NCBI GenBank assembly: GCA_951406725.2
Contig: OX597817.1
Coordinates: forward strand, 56,916,001-56,980,000
Direction: 5' to 3'
Origin: Octopus vulgaris
Lineage: Eukaryota
DNA: 64,000 bases
Positions 12,606 through 24,150 of the stretch are shown piece by piece. Position 1 is the first letter of the stretch. The number at the start of each line of letters is the position of its first letter. The position numbers were made by a program, and so were the translations under genes. The notes under the pieces are model-generated. The model saw only the letters and a list, made by a program, of their open reading frames with translations. It searched no databases and was not told the origin of the DNA.

Positions 12606-13265
12606 TAGGTAAGAAAAGAATGTGGAAAATGGAGAACGAGGAAAAGTGAGGGGAAAGAAAGAAAGAAAAAAGATTTAGGGGCTAGGTGGGAATACGATTC
12701 TATAGGGAACAGTTATGGAGAGAAGAGAAGGCGATGTATGCATGTTTAAGAGGGAATCCGAGATAACATGTGGGAGGTGTGTTTAAATAGATGAGTTTGG
12801 TTCCTTCTAAGAAGTAACTTTTCAGAGAGATGACCAAATATTACTTTCAGTCTTGCACAAAATATATTTTGGACAGTAAACTTTGCTGAAAAGTTGTTTT
12901 TTTTTTTAACAAGTGGATGGAAAGAGCAACAGAACTCTCCAGACAGTTTTAGATACACGAGTTGTGTTTCTTTGGTAGAGGTTACTTAAAATTCCGTCTG
13001 CTTTTACAAACTTCACCTGTCTCCTTAATTACGTGTACTTCGATTTGAGAACCTTTTCTACAGAAAAATCCTTTATAAGAACGCTAGCGAATGTGTATGG
13101 CAATAAAGACAAAGAAAAAAGACAAACAAACAAACGGAGAGCATGGTACACAATTACGATAACAAACAACAAGAAATAACAACAGGCGTTTTTCGACTGA
13201 GAACAAATCAAACTGAGCTGGCGTGTATGAAGTGAAAGCCTAAAGGCAGGAAGATAGATGGACAT

Positions 13266-13404
13266 AAGGCGCAGGTGAGGCTGTGTGGTAAGAAGCTTGC
13301 TTTCCAGCCAAGTGGTTCTGGGTTCAGTCCCACTGCATGGGACCTTGGAAAAGTGTCTTCTCTGAGCGGATTTGGTGGGCGGAAATCGAAAGAAGCCCGT
13401 CATA

Positions 13405-13484
<80 letters not shown>

Positions 13485-13705
13485 TGTATATATATGCATA
13501 GGTTTGTGTGTCTGTGTTTGTCCTCTCACCATCGCTTGACAACCGATGCTGGTGTGTCTACGTCCTTGTAACTTAGCAGTTCGGCAAAATAAGACCGATT
13601 GAATAAACACTAGGCTTACAAAGAATAAGTCCTGGGGTCAATTTCCTCGACTAAAGGCGGTGCTCCGGCATGACCGAAGTGAAATGACGAAAACAAGTAA
13701 AAGAA
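13266..13705 (+). mobile_element. SINE family B, preceded by a 5' extension shared with the 40808 copy
   Basis: Family B head, body and tail. The upstream 13098-13265 matches 40647-40807. Confidence 0.9.
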
Positions 13706-13724
13706 TATATATATATATATTTAT

Positions 13725-13886
13725 AGGCGCAGGAGTGGCTGCGTGGTAAGTAGCTTGCTTACCAACCACATGATTCCGGGTTCAGTCCCACTGCGTGGCA
13801 CCTTGGGCAAGTGTCTTCTACTATAGCCTCGGGCCGACCAAAGTCTTGTGAGTGGATTTGGTAGACGGAAACTGAAAGAAGCCCGT

Positions 13887-13920
<34 letters not shown>

Positions 13921-14130
13921 TATATATGTATATGTATATGTTTGTGTGTCTGTGTTTGCCCCCCCCCACCTCCAATATCGCTTGACAACCAATGCTGGTG
14001 TGTTTATGTCCCCGTCACTTAGCAGTTCGGCAAGTACTATGCTTACAAAGAATAAGTCCTGGGGGCGATTTGCTGGCTATAGGCGGTGCTCCAGCATGGC
14101 CGCAGTCAAATGACTGAAACAAATAAAAGA
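13725..14130 (+). mobile_element. SINE family B, full length (reference copy)
   Basis: A-box-like tggctgcgtggt, B-box-like ggttcagtccc, CORE-like accttgggcaagt and an internal microsatellite. Further copies at about 2280-2512(-), 12290-12435(-), 16080-16262(-), 16300-16765(-), 19352-19708(+), 23790-24075(+), 34770-35195(+), 38985-39135(-), 40808-41090(+), 41147-41295(-), 42323-42808(+), 51845-52253(-), 58473-58862(+), 60945-61280(+) and 62740-63120(+). Confidence 0.92.
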
Positions 14131-14201
14131 ATATATGTATGTATGTATGTATGTATGTAAAGCCCGTCATATATATGTATATATATATATATATATATAC
14201 A

Positions 14202-14279
<78 letters not shown>

Positions 14280-14326
14280 ATATATATATATATATACAGT
14301 ATATGTATATATATGTGTATATACAG

Positions 14327-14366
<40 letters not shown>

Positions 14367-14368
14367 CA

Positions 14369-14438
<70 letters not shown>

Positions 14439-14457
14439 TATATATATATACAGTATA

Positions 14458-14505
<48 letters not shown>

Positions 14506-14506
<1 letters not shown>

Positions 14507-14568
14507 TCTCAATCCTGTCTTCTTTCTGCCGCCTAAAAACCTCATCTTCTCCCAATGCGCGGTGTCAC

Positions 14569-14613
<45 letters not shown>

Positions 14614-15064
14614 ATGTGGTGTCGGTTCTCCCTCTGTTTTCACTGTCTCTCTCTCTCTCTCTCTCGGTATATATCTCACCTTCACTCGCTTCCACAGGCT
14701 TAGCCAATACCGCAGGATGAAAAACATCAGTTAAGCTCCCGACCTGTTTCCTCTTTTCATTGTTTTTGCAAGCCTTATTATTATTGTATTCCCATATCGT
14801 TGTCTTTCGTCTCAAATGCTAGCTGAAGCATGAAAACTTTCACTCACAAAAACTTATTCACACCACCGCAAAGCATTTCATCTCAATCCTGTCTTCTTTC
14901 TGCCGCCTAAAAACCTCATCTTCTCCCAATGCGCGGTGCGCCCGCCCTCCCACCCCCACCACCAATACCGGTGAACACTATTCTCACCATCTACACCGGA
15001 TACTCCCTCTTATGTTTCTCTATCTGTCTAACTATTTATCAAATTTCTCTATCTATCTAATTTC

Positions 15065-15128
<64 letters not shown>

Positions 15129-15195
15129 CATTCGTCTAAAATCAAACTTCGTATCTTCGCGCCATCTTGAAGTATGTCCCCTCTAATACACATAT

Positions 15196-15244
<49 letters not shown>

Positions 15245-15470
15245 CATCTACAAGCTGTAGTCCTGAGCGCAGATAAGTTGAATGCTTAATTTTTCACTTC
15301 GGCTACCATTTATTTATGTTTCTCTATCTGTCTAACTATTTATCAAATTTCTCTATCTATCTAATTTATCTATCTATCTATCTATCTATCTATCTTCATT
15401 CGTCTAAAATCAAACTTCGTATCTTCGCGGTGCACCCGCCCCAGCCCCACCACCACCACCAATACCGGAT
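14506..15470. repeat. Local interleaved direct duplications
   Basis: 14506-14564 equals 14879-14937 (about 59 bp). 15010-15160 resembles 15314-15429, and 14934-14970 resembles 15428-15468. Confidence 0.85.
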
Positions 15471-15685
15471 ATCTCTATATTTTGCTCCATCTATACCGGA
15501 TGTCGCTTCTCCCACCACCATTATAGGTGTCTACTCTTCGAACCCCCCTCTTCAATACGCTATTTCACCATGCATTACCCCTCTCTCGATATTCTACGTT
15601 CTACTTGCCTAGAACCTGTCATCATTTCTCTGAACCACCCCTCCCCACTGGTGCTCCTCTATATTTCTCCCCCCCCCCACACATA

Positions 15686-15909
15686 AAAAAAGCACCATCC
15701 GAACGTGGCCGATGCCAGACCCCTCTGGCACCTGTGCAGGTGGCACGTAAAAAACACCCACTACACTCGCGGAGTGGTTGGCGTTAGGAAGGGCATCCAG
15801 CTGTAGAAACACTGCCAGACTAGACTGGAGCCTGGGGCAGTCCCGAGCTCCCCAGACCCCGGTCGAAACCGTCCAACCCGTGCTAAACGGACGTTAAACG
15901 ATGATGATG

Positions 15910-15911
<2 letters not shown>
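15686..15911 (+). mobile_element. 3' portion of an RTE-type SINE/LINE with (GAT)n tail
   Basis: ggcgttaggaagggcatccagctgtagaaac...ggacgttaaacgatgatgatgat. Related fragments at about 22300-22345 and 55200-55290. Confidence 0.6.
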
Positions 15912-15975
<64 letters not shown>

Positions 15976-16539
15976 ATATATGCATAGGTTTGTGTGTCTG
16001 TGTTTGTCCTCTCACCATCGCTTGACAACCGATGCTGGTGTGTCAACGTCCTTGTAACTTAGCAGTTCGTATGTATGTATGTATGCACGGGCTTCTACAC
16101 AGTTTCCGACAAACAATTAGATTCAGAAGTCACTTTTCAGCTCAAGGCCATAGCAGGTCACACTTGCTGAAGATGCTGCGCAATGGGATTGAACCGGTAA
16201 CTACATAGTTGCCAAAAAACAAAACCCCAAAAAGATGGTGCTTCTTTACCACACAGCCATGTCTACATTTTTTCCTTCTTATTTATTTATTCATTTACCC
16301 GTTTACTCTTTTATTTGTTTCAGTCATTTGACTGCGGCCATGCTGGAGCACCGCCTTTAGTCGAGCAAATCGACCCCAGGACTTATTCTTTGTAAGCCTA
16401 GTGCTTATTCTATCGGTCTCTTTTGCCGAACCGCTAAGTGACGGGGACGTAAACACACCACCATCGGTTGTCAAGCGATCTTGTGGGGACAAACACAGAC
16501 ACACAAACATATACACACATACATACATACATACATACA

Positions 16540-16617
<78 letters not shown>

Positions 16618-17354
16618 GCTTCTTTCAGTTTCCGTCTACCAAATCCACTCACAAGGCTTTGGTCGGCCCGAGGCTATAGTAAAAGACACTTGCCCAAGGT
16701 GCCACGCTGTGGGACTGAACCCGGAACCATGTGGTTCGTAAGCAAGCTACTTACCACACAGCCACTTATCTATTTATTTATTTATTTATTTATTTATTTC
16801 ACTCTCCAGGCGAAATTCACCGGTCATAGTTTGCCATAGCCCGTAATATGCTAGGAAATTGAAATTATAGAGAACTTCTGATCTATTATTGATCAGCGAT
16901 CTCCAATCTCCTATAGCAAAACAACAACAATAGCGCCTCTAATTTTCAACATTCTAAACATCCCATAGAAAAAAGTACTTGAGAACTTTGCATTGATAAC
17001 AGACAACAATAAGTTTACACACAAAGACACCAGCGGCCATTAATACAACAACAGCAACAACGCGCAGTTGCCGTTGTCCCGAGGTCAACTCGCTGGCCGA
17101 TGAAGTCACATGACCTTGGAACGCTGACGACAACGTGCGTGTAGAAAAACGTGTAGATTAGTTCCCAGTGAAGAGATAAGAAGTTCGTGTGGGAATATCG
17201 ATAAAAGAAAAATAATAAAGAGAGAAAACTTCAGAGAACGTTTGTGCCTCTTCTCACCTAAATAGTTTCTTCATTTATATAAAGAGGGGTAGCGAGAGGC
17301 GTAGAGAAGGGTCGCAGTCAAATATCCATCCATCCATCCATCCATCTATGTCTG

Positions 17355-17419
<65 letters not shown>

Positions 17420-17580
17420 ACACACATCCATCCCTCCATCCATGCATACACGCATAGACAAACAGATAGATACCTAAACAGATGGATTAACTGTTCCGTT
17501 AAGGTAAGATCAACAAAAAAAAAGTACTCTATCCAGTGAGATGTGCATTAAATGACAGACTGACAGACAGATAGATAGAC

Positions 17581-17627
<47 letters not shown>

Positions 17628-18242
17628 CAGAGAGGAAGCTATGTATGTGGGTGGGTGGGTGTGCGTGTATTGATATATATATATATTGATATATATCTTT
17701 TGATATATATATATATATATATATACACAGATACACACACACAGACACACACACACATATACATATGTAGTTATATGTTTATGTGTATGTGTGTGTGTGT
17801 GTGTGTGTAATCTAACCTGCTTCTGTCCCCACGAAGGGCCACTTAGCATGACCAATCATTTATCCCCCCCCCGCCACTCTCTTTCTCTCTCTCTCTCCCT
17901 CTCTCCCTCTCCCTCTCTCTCCCCCCACTCTCTCTCACTCTCTCCCTGGTCTTTTGTTTTACCTCCACTTACTCCTGTTAGTGAGAAATCAATGACTTCA
18001 GGTGACACAGTTTAGAGAATGCAATAATACAGGAGGGAGGAGGTTGCGACAAAGACAAAAACACAGAGAGAGAGAGAGAGAGAGAGAGACTTGACTGAGA
18101 GACGGAGAGAAGGAGAATTTGTCAGCGAGTAGGAGTGATAATGTACTGCAAGAGTTATACATACAATACATACATACATACATACATACATACATACATA
18201 CATACATACATACATACATACATAGTACATACATATGTATAC

Positions 18243-18274
<32 letters not shown>

Positions 18275-18395
18275 GTGTGTGTGTGCATGCGTGTGTGTGT
18301 GTATGTGTGTGAATCTATCTACCTATAGATAGCTAGACAGACGGACAGACAGACAGACAGACAGAAAGATAGATAGATAGATAGATATACACGCA

Positions 18396-18435
<40 letters not shown>

Positions 18436-18982
18436 TGCATTATATATACATACATAGTGTTAGAGAGTTTGCGGGTGAGTGAGAGAGAGAGAGAGAGGGG
18501 TCCGTCGAAAGAGTGGGAGGGATAACGAGAGAGGGAAGAGAGAGAAAGGAAGAAATACAGGTGTGATGCAAAGAAAAGCTATATGTTGAACATACTTCAG
18601 TGAGAACAAGGAAAGAGTTTAGGTGTGCGTGGGTGGGTGGGAGTGAAGGGTGAGTGAGTGTGCATATGAACCTATGAGTGGGACTTTGTGAGTGTGAGGC
18701 AACAAAAGAGAGGCAGTGAAAGAGTTGGAGGAGAAAGAATACCAAATCTCCAGGTGTGTCGCTCGCTCGTTGTTAATATATTCACAACCTGGTTTGTTTT
18801 GTTTGCACGTTTTGTCTACCTGCCTCATACAACAACCTCCTCTTCTTATCTCAAACCTACCTTCAACACCCCCCCCCACCGCAGACACCACTCCACTATG
18901 TTTCCTACCATCACATTCAATTATTCCACCCACCCGCGACCTCTCCTTATCACCTCTAATTTGCATTCTCTATTTTGATATA

Positions 18983-19073
<91 letters not shown>

Positions 19074-19226
19074 TCAATCAAAGGTTAAAATAGCCTCGTT
19101 GAGGGACAGTAATACTGAAACAGCTGTGACAGAATATTTTGGACTTTTGCAGATAATAAATTATATTAATGCTACATCTCCATTTTCTAAAATTTCTTTA
19201 TATATATAATATATATATAAAGTTAC

Positions 19227-19275
<49 letters not shown>

Positions 19276-20101
19276 ATGAAAGCAAAGTCGATATTTGAAC
19301 TCGAACGTATATATAGGTGTTTCTGCCAGGCCGCCTTATTATATATTATATAGGTAGGGTAGGCTGTGTGGTAAGTAGATGTTTACCAGCCACGGGTTCC
19401 GTCCCACTGCGTGGCACCTTGGCCAAGTGTCTTCTACTATATCCTCGGGCCGACCAAAGCCTTGTGAGTGGATTTGCTAGGCGTCGTATATATGTATATA
19501 TATTGTATGTGTGTATATGTTTGTCCTTCCAACATCGCTTGACAACCAATGCTGGTGTGTTTACGCCCCCGTAACTTAGCGGTTCGTCAAAAGAGTCTGA
19601 TAGAATAAGTACTAGGCTTACAAAGAATAAGTCCTGGGGTCGATTTGCTCGACTAAAGGCGGTGCTCCAGCATGGCCACAGTCAAATGACTGAAACAAGT
19701 AAAAGAGTAAATACATACATACATACATACATACATACATACATACATACATGCATACATACATACATACATACATACATACATACATACATACATAATG
19801 GCGTCGTTGATCGACTCTTCCGCCTGGAACGGCTTTATAGACGTCCAGTTGTTCGATCACCTGAACTACCTGCTTATTAAATCAACATATGACTGACTAT
19901 CCTTAGTCTCCAGACACGTGTAGTTTTAACGTAATTCGTATATATATGATACATACTGTGTGTGAGGGGGGGATAGATTAATCCTTTGAATTATAGTTAT
20001 AGTCTTTCACGCGCTTCCTGTACACAGTTTCCGGTGAGTCGACATGAAGCTCGCGACGCTACGCGCAGCTATATCGATCCTGGGACCTAATGGCAGCGAA
20101 T

Positions 20102-20143
<42 letters not shown>

Positions 20144-20201
20144 TGGAGATGTACTTGCATAGCAAGTGACCTGATTTGAGATCGTGTGCTAGAACGAAAA
20201 C

Positions 20202-20436
20202 AATTGCAGCGTCGAAGGTGTTTATAAGCCATTTAAGAAACACAAAAACCGTTAGATTCACTTCAACATTTAAATTTAATTTGTCAAAATATTTTCGTCG
20301 CTTTGACAAAATTTATCAGTGAACAGGTCGCGGTCGCAAAGCGACGAAAATATTTTGACAAATTAAATTCAAATGTTAAATTTAAACGGTTTTTGTGTGT
20401 TTCATAAATGGCTTATAAACACCTTCCACGCTGCAA

Positions 20437-20438
<2 letters not shown>
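20202..20438. mobile_element. Inverted-repeat element (~104-bp arms), PLE pLTR-like, between (TA)n tracts
   Basis: 20202-20305 is the reverse complement of 20337-20438. The centre carries a hammerhead-shaped motif. Confidence 0.8.
20310..20364 (+). ncRNA. Hammerhead ribozyme variant with G3-C8 core (GUGAACA)
   Basis: Stem I aatttatca/tgacaaatt (8 of 9 bp), core GTGAACA at 20319-20325, stem II gtcgc/gcgac, GAAA at 20346-20349, palindromic stem III aatatt, UUU site. Confidence 0.6.
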
Positions 20439-20484
<46 letters not shown>

Positions 20485-21151
20485 AGAGACAGAGAATGTA
20501 AACTGTTTTAAAATAAGAGCTAGTAATAGTTTCTTGCAATTGAGACACGTGATTAGGCAGATTTTCAAAAATTTCAAGTTTCATTTTGATGTATGTATGT
20601 ATATAGGTAGGTAGGTAGGTAGGTAGGTAGGTATGTATGTATGTATGTAGGTAGGTAGGTAGGTAGGTAGGTAGGTAGGTAGGTAGGTAGGTAGGTAGGT
20701 AGGTAGGTAGGTAGGTAGGTAGGTAGGTAGGTAGGTAGGTAGGTCGGTCGGTCTGCGGGCCCACCAATTTTTTTTTAATTCCGATGATTTTTCATATTAA
20801 ATTCTTACATCATCCGAAAAATATTTATAGAATATTTCATTTAAAACATCCGCTTCCTGAACATTTATGAGGAAACGAAACCAGCTCTTGCGAATTTTCT
20901 GAAACTCCCTTCCCCACCCCACCCTCAGAAAACACATTTCCACTACAAATTCCGTTATAATCGTAATCTACATAATCAGAAAAGTGTTTGTAGAAAATTT
21001 CCTTAAAAAAATATCCATTTTCTAGAAGTTATGAGGAAACAAAGTCGAGTGCGTCACACTTGTGAGTCCCGACCAGAGAGTAAAACATAAAAGGGTCCTT
21101 GTTCTATATTAAAGAGATGTGGAATTATTTACATTATTTACATTATTTACA

Positions 21152-21222
21152 GGCATGTGGCGTAGTGGTTAAGAGCGCAGGCTACTAACCCCAAGATTCC
21201 GAGTTCGATTCCAGGCTGAGAG

Positions 21223-21268
<46 letters not shown>

Positions 21269-21419
21269 GCAAGAACATCGAAAAAATACTTTAGGAATGA
21301 GAAACCAGGTTCGAAATTTCTCCAAGACACCTGATGAAGGCTGGAGGGTATAACAGCCGAAACGTTGTGTTAACAACAAACAAGATGGGGACAAATATCT
21401 GGCAAATGTAAATAATGTA
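21152..21419 (+). mobile_element. tRNA-headed SINE carrying a hammerhead ribozyme
   Basis: A box tggcgtagtgg (21158-21168), B box gttcgattcc (21203-21212), (AAT)n at 21226-21268, HHR at 21326-21371. The tail 21405-21419 is an inverted copy of 21130-21144. Confidence 0.8.
21326..21371 (+). ncRNA. Minimal type I hammerhead ribozyme, intact core
   Basis: gacac-CTGATGA-a-ggctg(gagggtataa)cagcc-GAAA-C-GTT-gtgtt: 5-bp stem I, 5-bp stem II and palindromic ACGT stem III. Confidence 0.8.
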
Positions 21420-21935
21420 TAAAATGGTCATTTATCTAAATTGATTAGATCATCATTATCAACAACAACAACAACAACAAAATGACGTGTGCAATCAGTT
21501 ACAAGACAACGCCAGAAAGTCGACGGCGGGGGAAATTGTATGACATTAGTAAAGCGGTTAATGTCAATTTATTCCGGTTAAAGCAGGTTTTTTTGGTTCA
21601 GACTGTCTGTCGAAGTTTATCGAACACTTTAAACATCATATCCTTGGCATTGTAGAAATTTACAAACAAAAAACTGTGGCGTGAGAGAGATAAGACTTGC
21701 GCGGGAGCATGTGTGTGTGTGTGTGTGTGAGTGTATGTGTGTGTGTGTGTGTTTACCTCTGTACTGTACTTTTGTTTGGTACTTCATCGACCACGGAACG
21801 AGGAAATGCAGAGATGTCAGAGGCGGGGGTTTGAAATCAACACGCAAACGGATGTAATTAAATATCATGTAGGTATTTCATTTGGGACAACTCCCTTATA
21901 TGCACGCACGTACACACACACACACACACATACAC

Positions 21936-21984
<49 letters not shown>

Positions 21985-21987
<3 letters not shown>

Positions 21988-22177
21988 ACGTGTTTTTTCT
22001 CTGTGTATCTTTCTGTTGAAGAGCGTAGGCTCGAAACGTTAAAGACTTGTTTTATTTATATTTCCTGAGCGCCATACTAATACAATTGTTTGTTTGTATT
22101 CCACCTGCCTTCGTCTTTTGTTTATTTCCGTAAACCTGCCTTCGTCTTTTGTCTATTTTCATAAAGCTTCCCGTTAT
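21985..22177 (+). mobile_element. Short PLE-derived hammerhead element, copy 3
   Basis: cttt-CTGTTGA-a-gagc(gtag)gctc-GAAAC-GTT-aaag at 22009-22044, following (TA)n. Confidence 0.75.
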
Positions 22178-22774
22178 ATAAACACATATATACATACATC
22201 CAGTCTCCTTGTTTTGTTATTGTGTGACAGATGTGAGTGTCACAGAGTCAGTAATTCCCAACATTCCGAAGAAACATGTCTGGGCATATTACCTCCCTTA
22301 GAAACGGGTGAGGGTTGGGAACAGGAAGGGCATCCAACCGTATAAACAATTTGCCTCAGTAAATGAATATTATCGATTATAATATATATTATAATCAATT
22401 TGAACGACTAAACAAAATATAACTTCAAGGCAGTGTCCTACAACAGAAACAATAAAAGTATATTAAAGTGTGTGGGGTGGGGTGGGGGGCGGTGTGTGTG
22501 AGTGAGTGATAACCTTTCGTTTTAGTATCCAGAAAGTGAAAGCATGAATTCAGTAAAGTTGACATCAGCCGGAGACTGAAACTGGGTGTTAAAATGTAAG
22601 TAAATGGATGTGATTATGCTTTACATCCGAAAATATAAGCTAACACAACGTTATCAAGGTAATCGAAAATGGGTTAAATTCAAAGCGAACTAAAAAAAAA
22701 AAAAATCTCTTATATGCGAACACGTACAAAAAGAACGTTAAGAAGAAATATAATATTCTAAGAAAAGCCATTTT

Positions 22775-23200
22775 AATATTTAACTTTCGGTGACATCAGT
22801 AGATAACGAAAATCTATAAAATAAACGTAGAAATTCTACATCAAGACAATTAGAAACAGAGAAATTCTACGTCAAGACAATAAGCTATCTATCCATTAAA
22901 CATGCTAAAATAATTTATGAAATTATGCAAATTAGATTATAGGGATAACAATTATAATTAACAAGTTATTTGCTATTGAAATATTTAAATGTTTTTCTAT
23001 ATTTTGGAGAACATTTCAATGTAAAATTATATCTACAATTTAATAATACTAATCTAGAAGCAATTACGTAGCACAGTTCCTCCAGACCAAGATTACATTT
23101 AAAATTACAATAATTGTACAATGGTATATAACTAATAATGGGCCATTTTATATCATAGTCTTTTAACACTGAGTGTTTTATAGATATTTTGCTTAGATTT
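22775..23200 (-). mobile_element. PLE 3' end: GIY-YIG C-terminus followed by a hammerhead remnant
   Basis: LSKI...KDYDIKWPII...Y....KCNLGLEE...LLNCRY..KC* resembles the PLE C-terminal pattern LSK..W.LK..Y.IKW.I...C.LCL.EK...LLN.R.E...C. Downstream ctgatg-tcacc-gaaagtta lies at 22781-22799. Confidence 0.7.
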
Positions 23201-23469
23201 ATTGATCCTCTTTACCTATTTCGTGTGTGTGTGTGTTGGTAAAGTGATAGATTAGTGAGAGGCGAAACGATCTCGGTACGGGTAGTTAGTAAGCGTCAAG
23301 TAAGTATACACGGATTGTACAGATATCATAAAGCGGAAAATACTCTATCAACAAGGTTTATTATTTAACTTACGTTATACACTTCGTCTCTTGTGATAAT
23401 GACTTACTACCACAGGTAATCCAACCTGAAGAGAAGCTAAGCTCTCTCTCTCTCTCTCTCTCTCTCCTT

Positions 23470-23500
<31 letters not shown>

Positions 23501-23676
23501 ATATATATATATATATATATATAGATATATAGATATAGATATGTGTGTGTGTGTGTGTGTTTTACACATTTCAGCTACGTAAAACATGTTCAGATTAGGT
23601 TAGAAACATATGTGATACGGATTTACCTTCCCTATTCCCCACATGGTCTAATATTATATACATACATACACACATG

Positions 23677-23770
<94 letters not shown>

Positions 23771-23894
23771 TGTGGATGGATGGATATATAGCTACATGGT
23801 TCCGAGTTCAGTCCCAGCCTTCTACTATAGCCTCGGGCCGACCAAAGCCTTGTGAGTGGATTTGGTAGACGGAAACTGAAAGAAGTCCGTCGTA

Positions 23895-23964
<70 letters not shown>

Positions 23965-24093
23965 TGTTTGTGTCTGTGTTTGTCCCCCATGATCATCGTT
24001 TGACAATCGATGTTGGTGTGTTTACGTTCCCGTAACCTAAAGATCTGGCAAAACAAACCGATAAAATAAGTACTTCTAAACAGTTTCGGCTGG

Positions 24094-24150
<57 letters not shown>

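Noticed and set aside
20028-20033. 6-nt microexon cag|TTTCCG|gtgagt (+)
   Set aside because: The acceptor resembles the SINE B-derived string gcttctacacagtttccg seen at 16090, so it is probably decayed repeat.
20750-21085. Helentron/DINE-like element after (GTAG)n
   Set aside because: I could not identify matching subterminal inverted repeats or a terminal hairpin.
21152-21216. Functional tRNA genes at SINE heads (also 26726, 39356)
   Set aside because: No proper acceptor stem or oligo-T terminator, and each continues into a SINE body.
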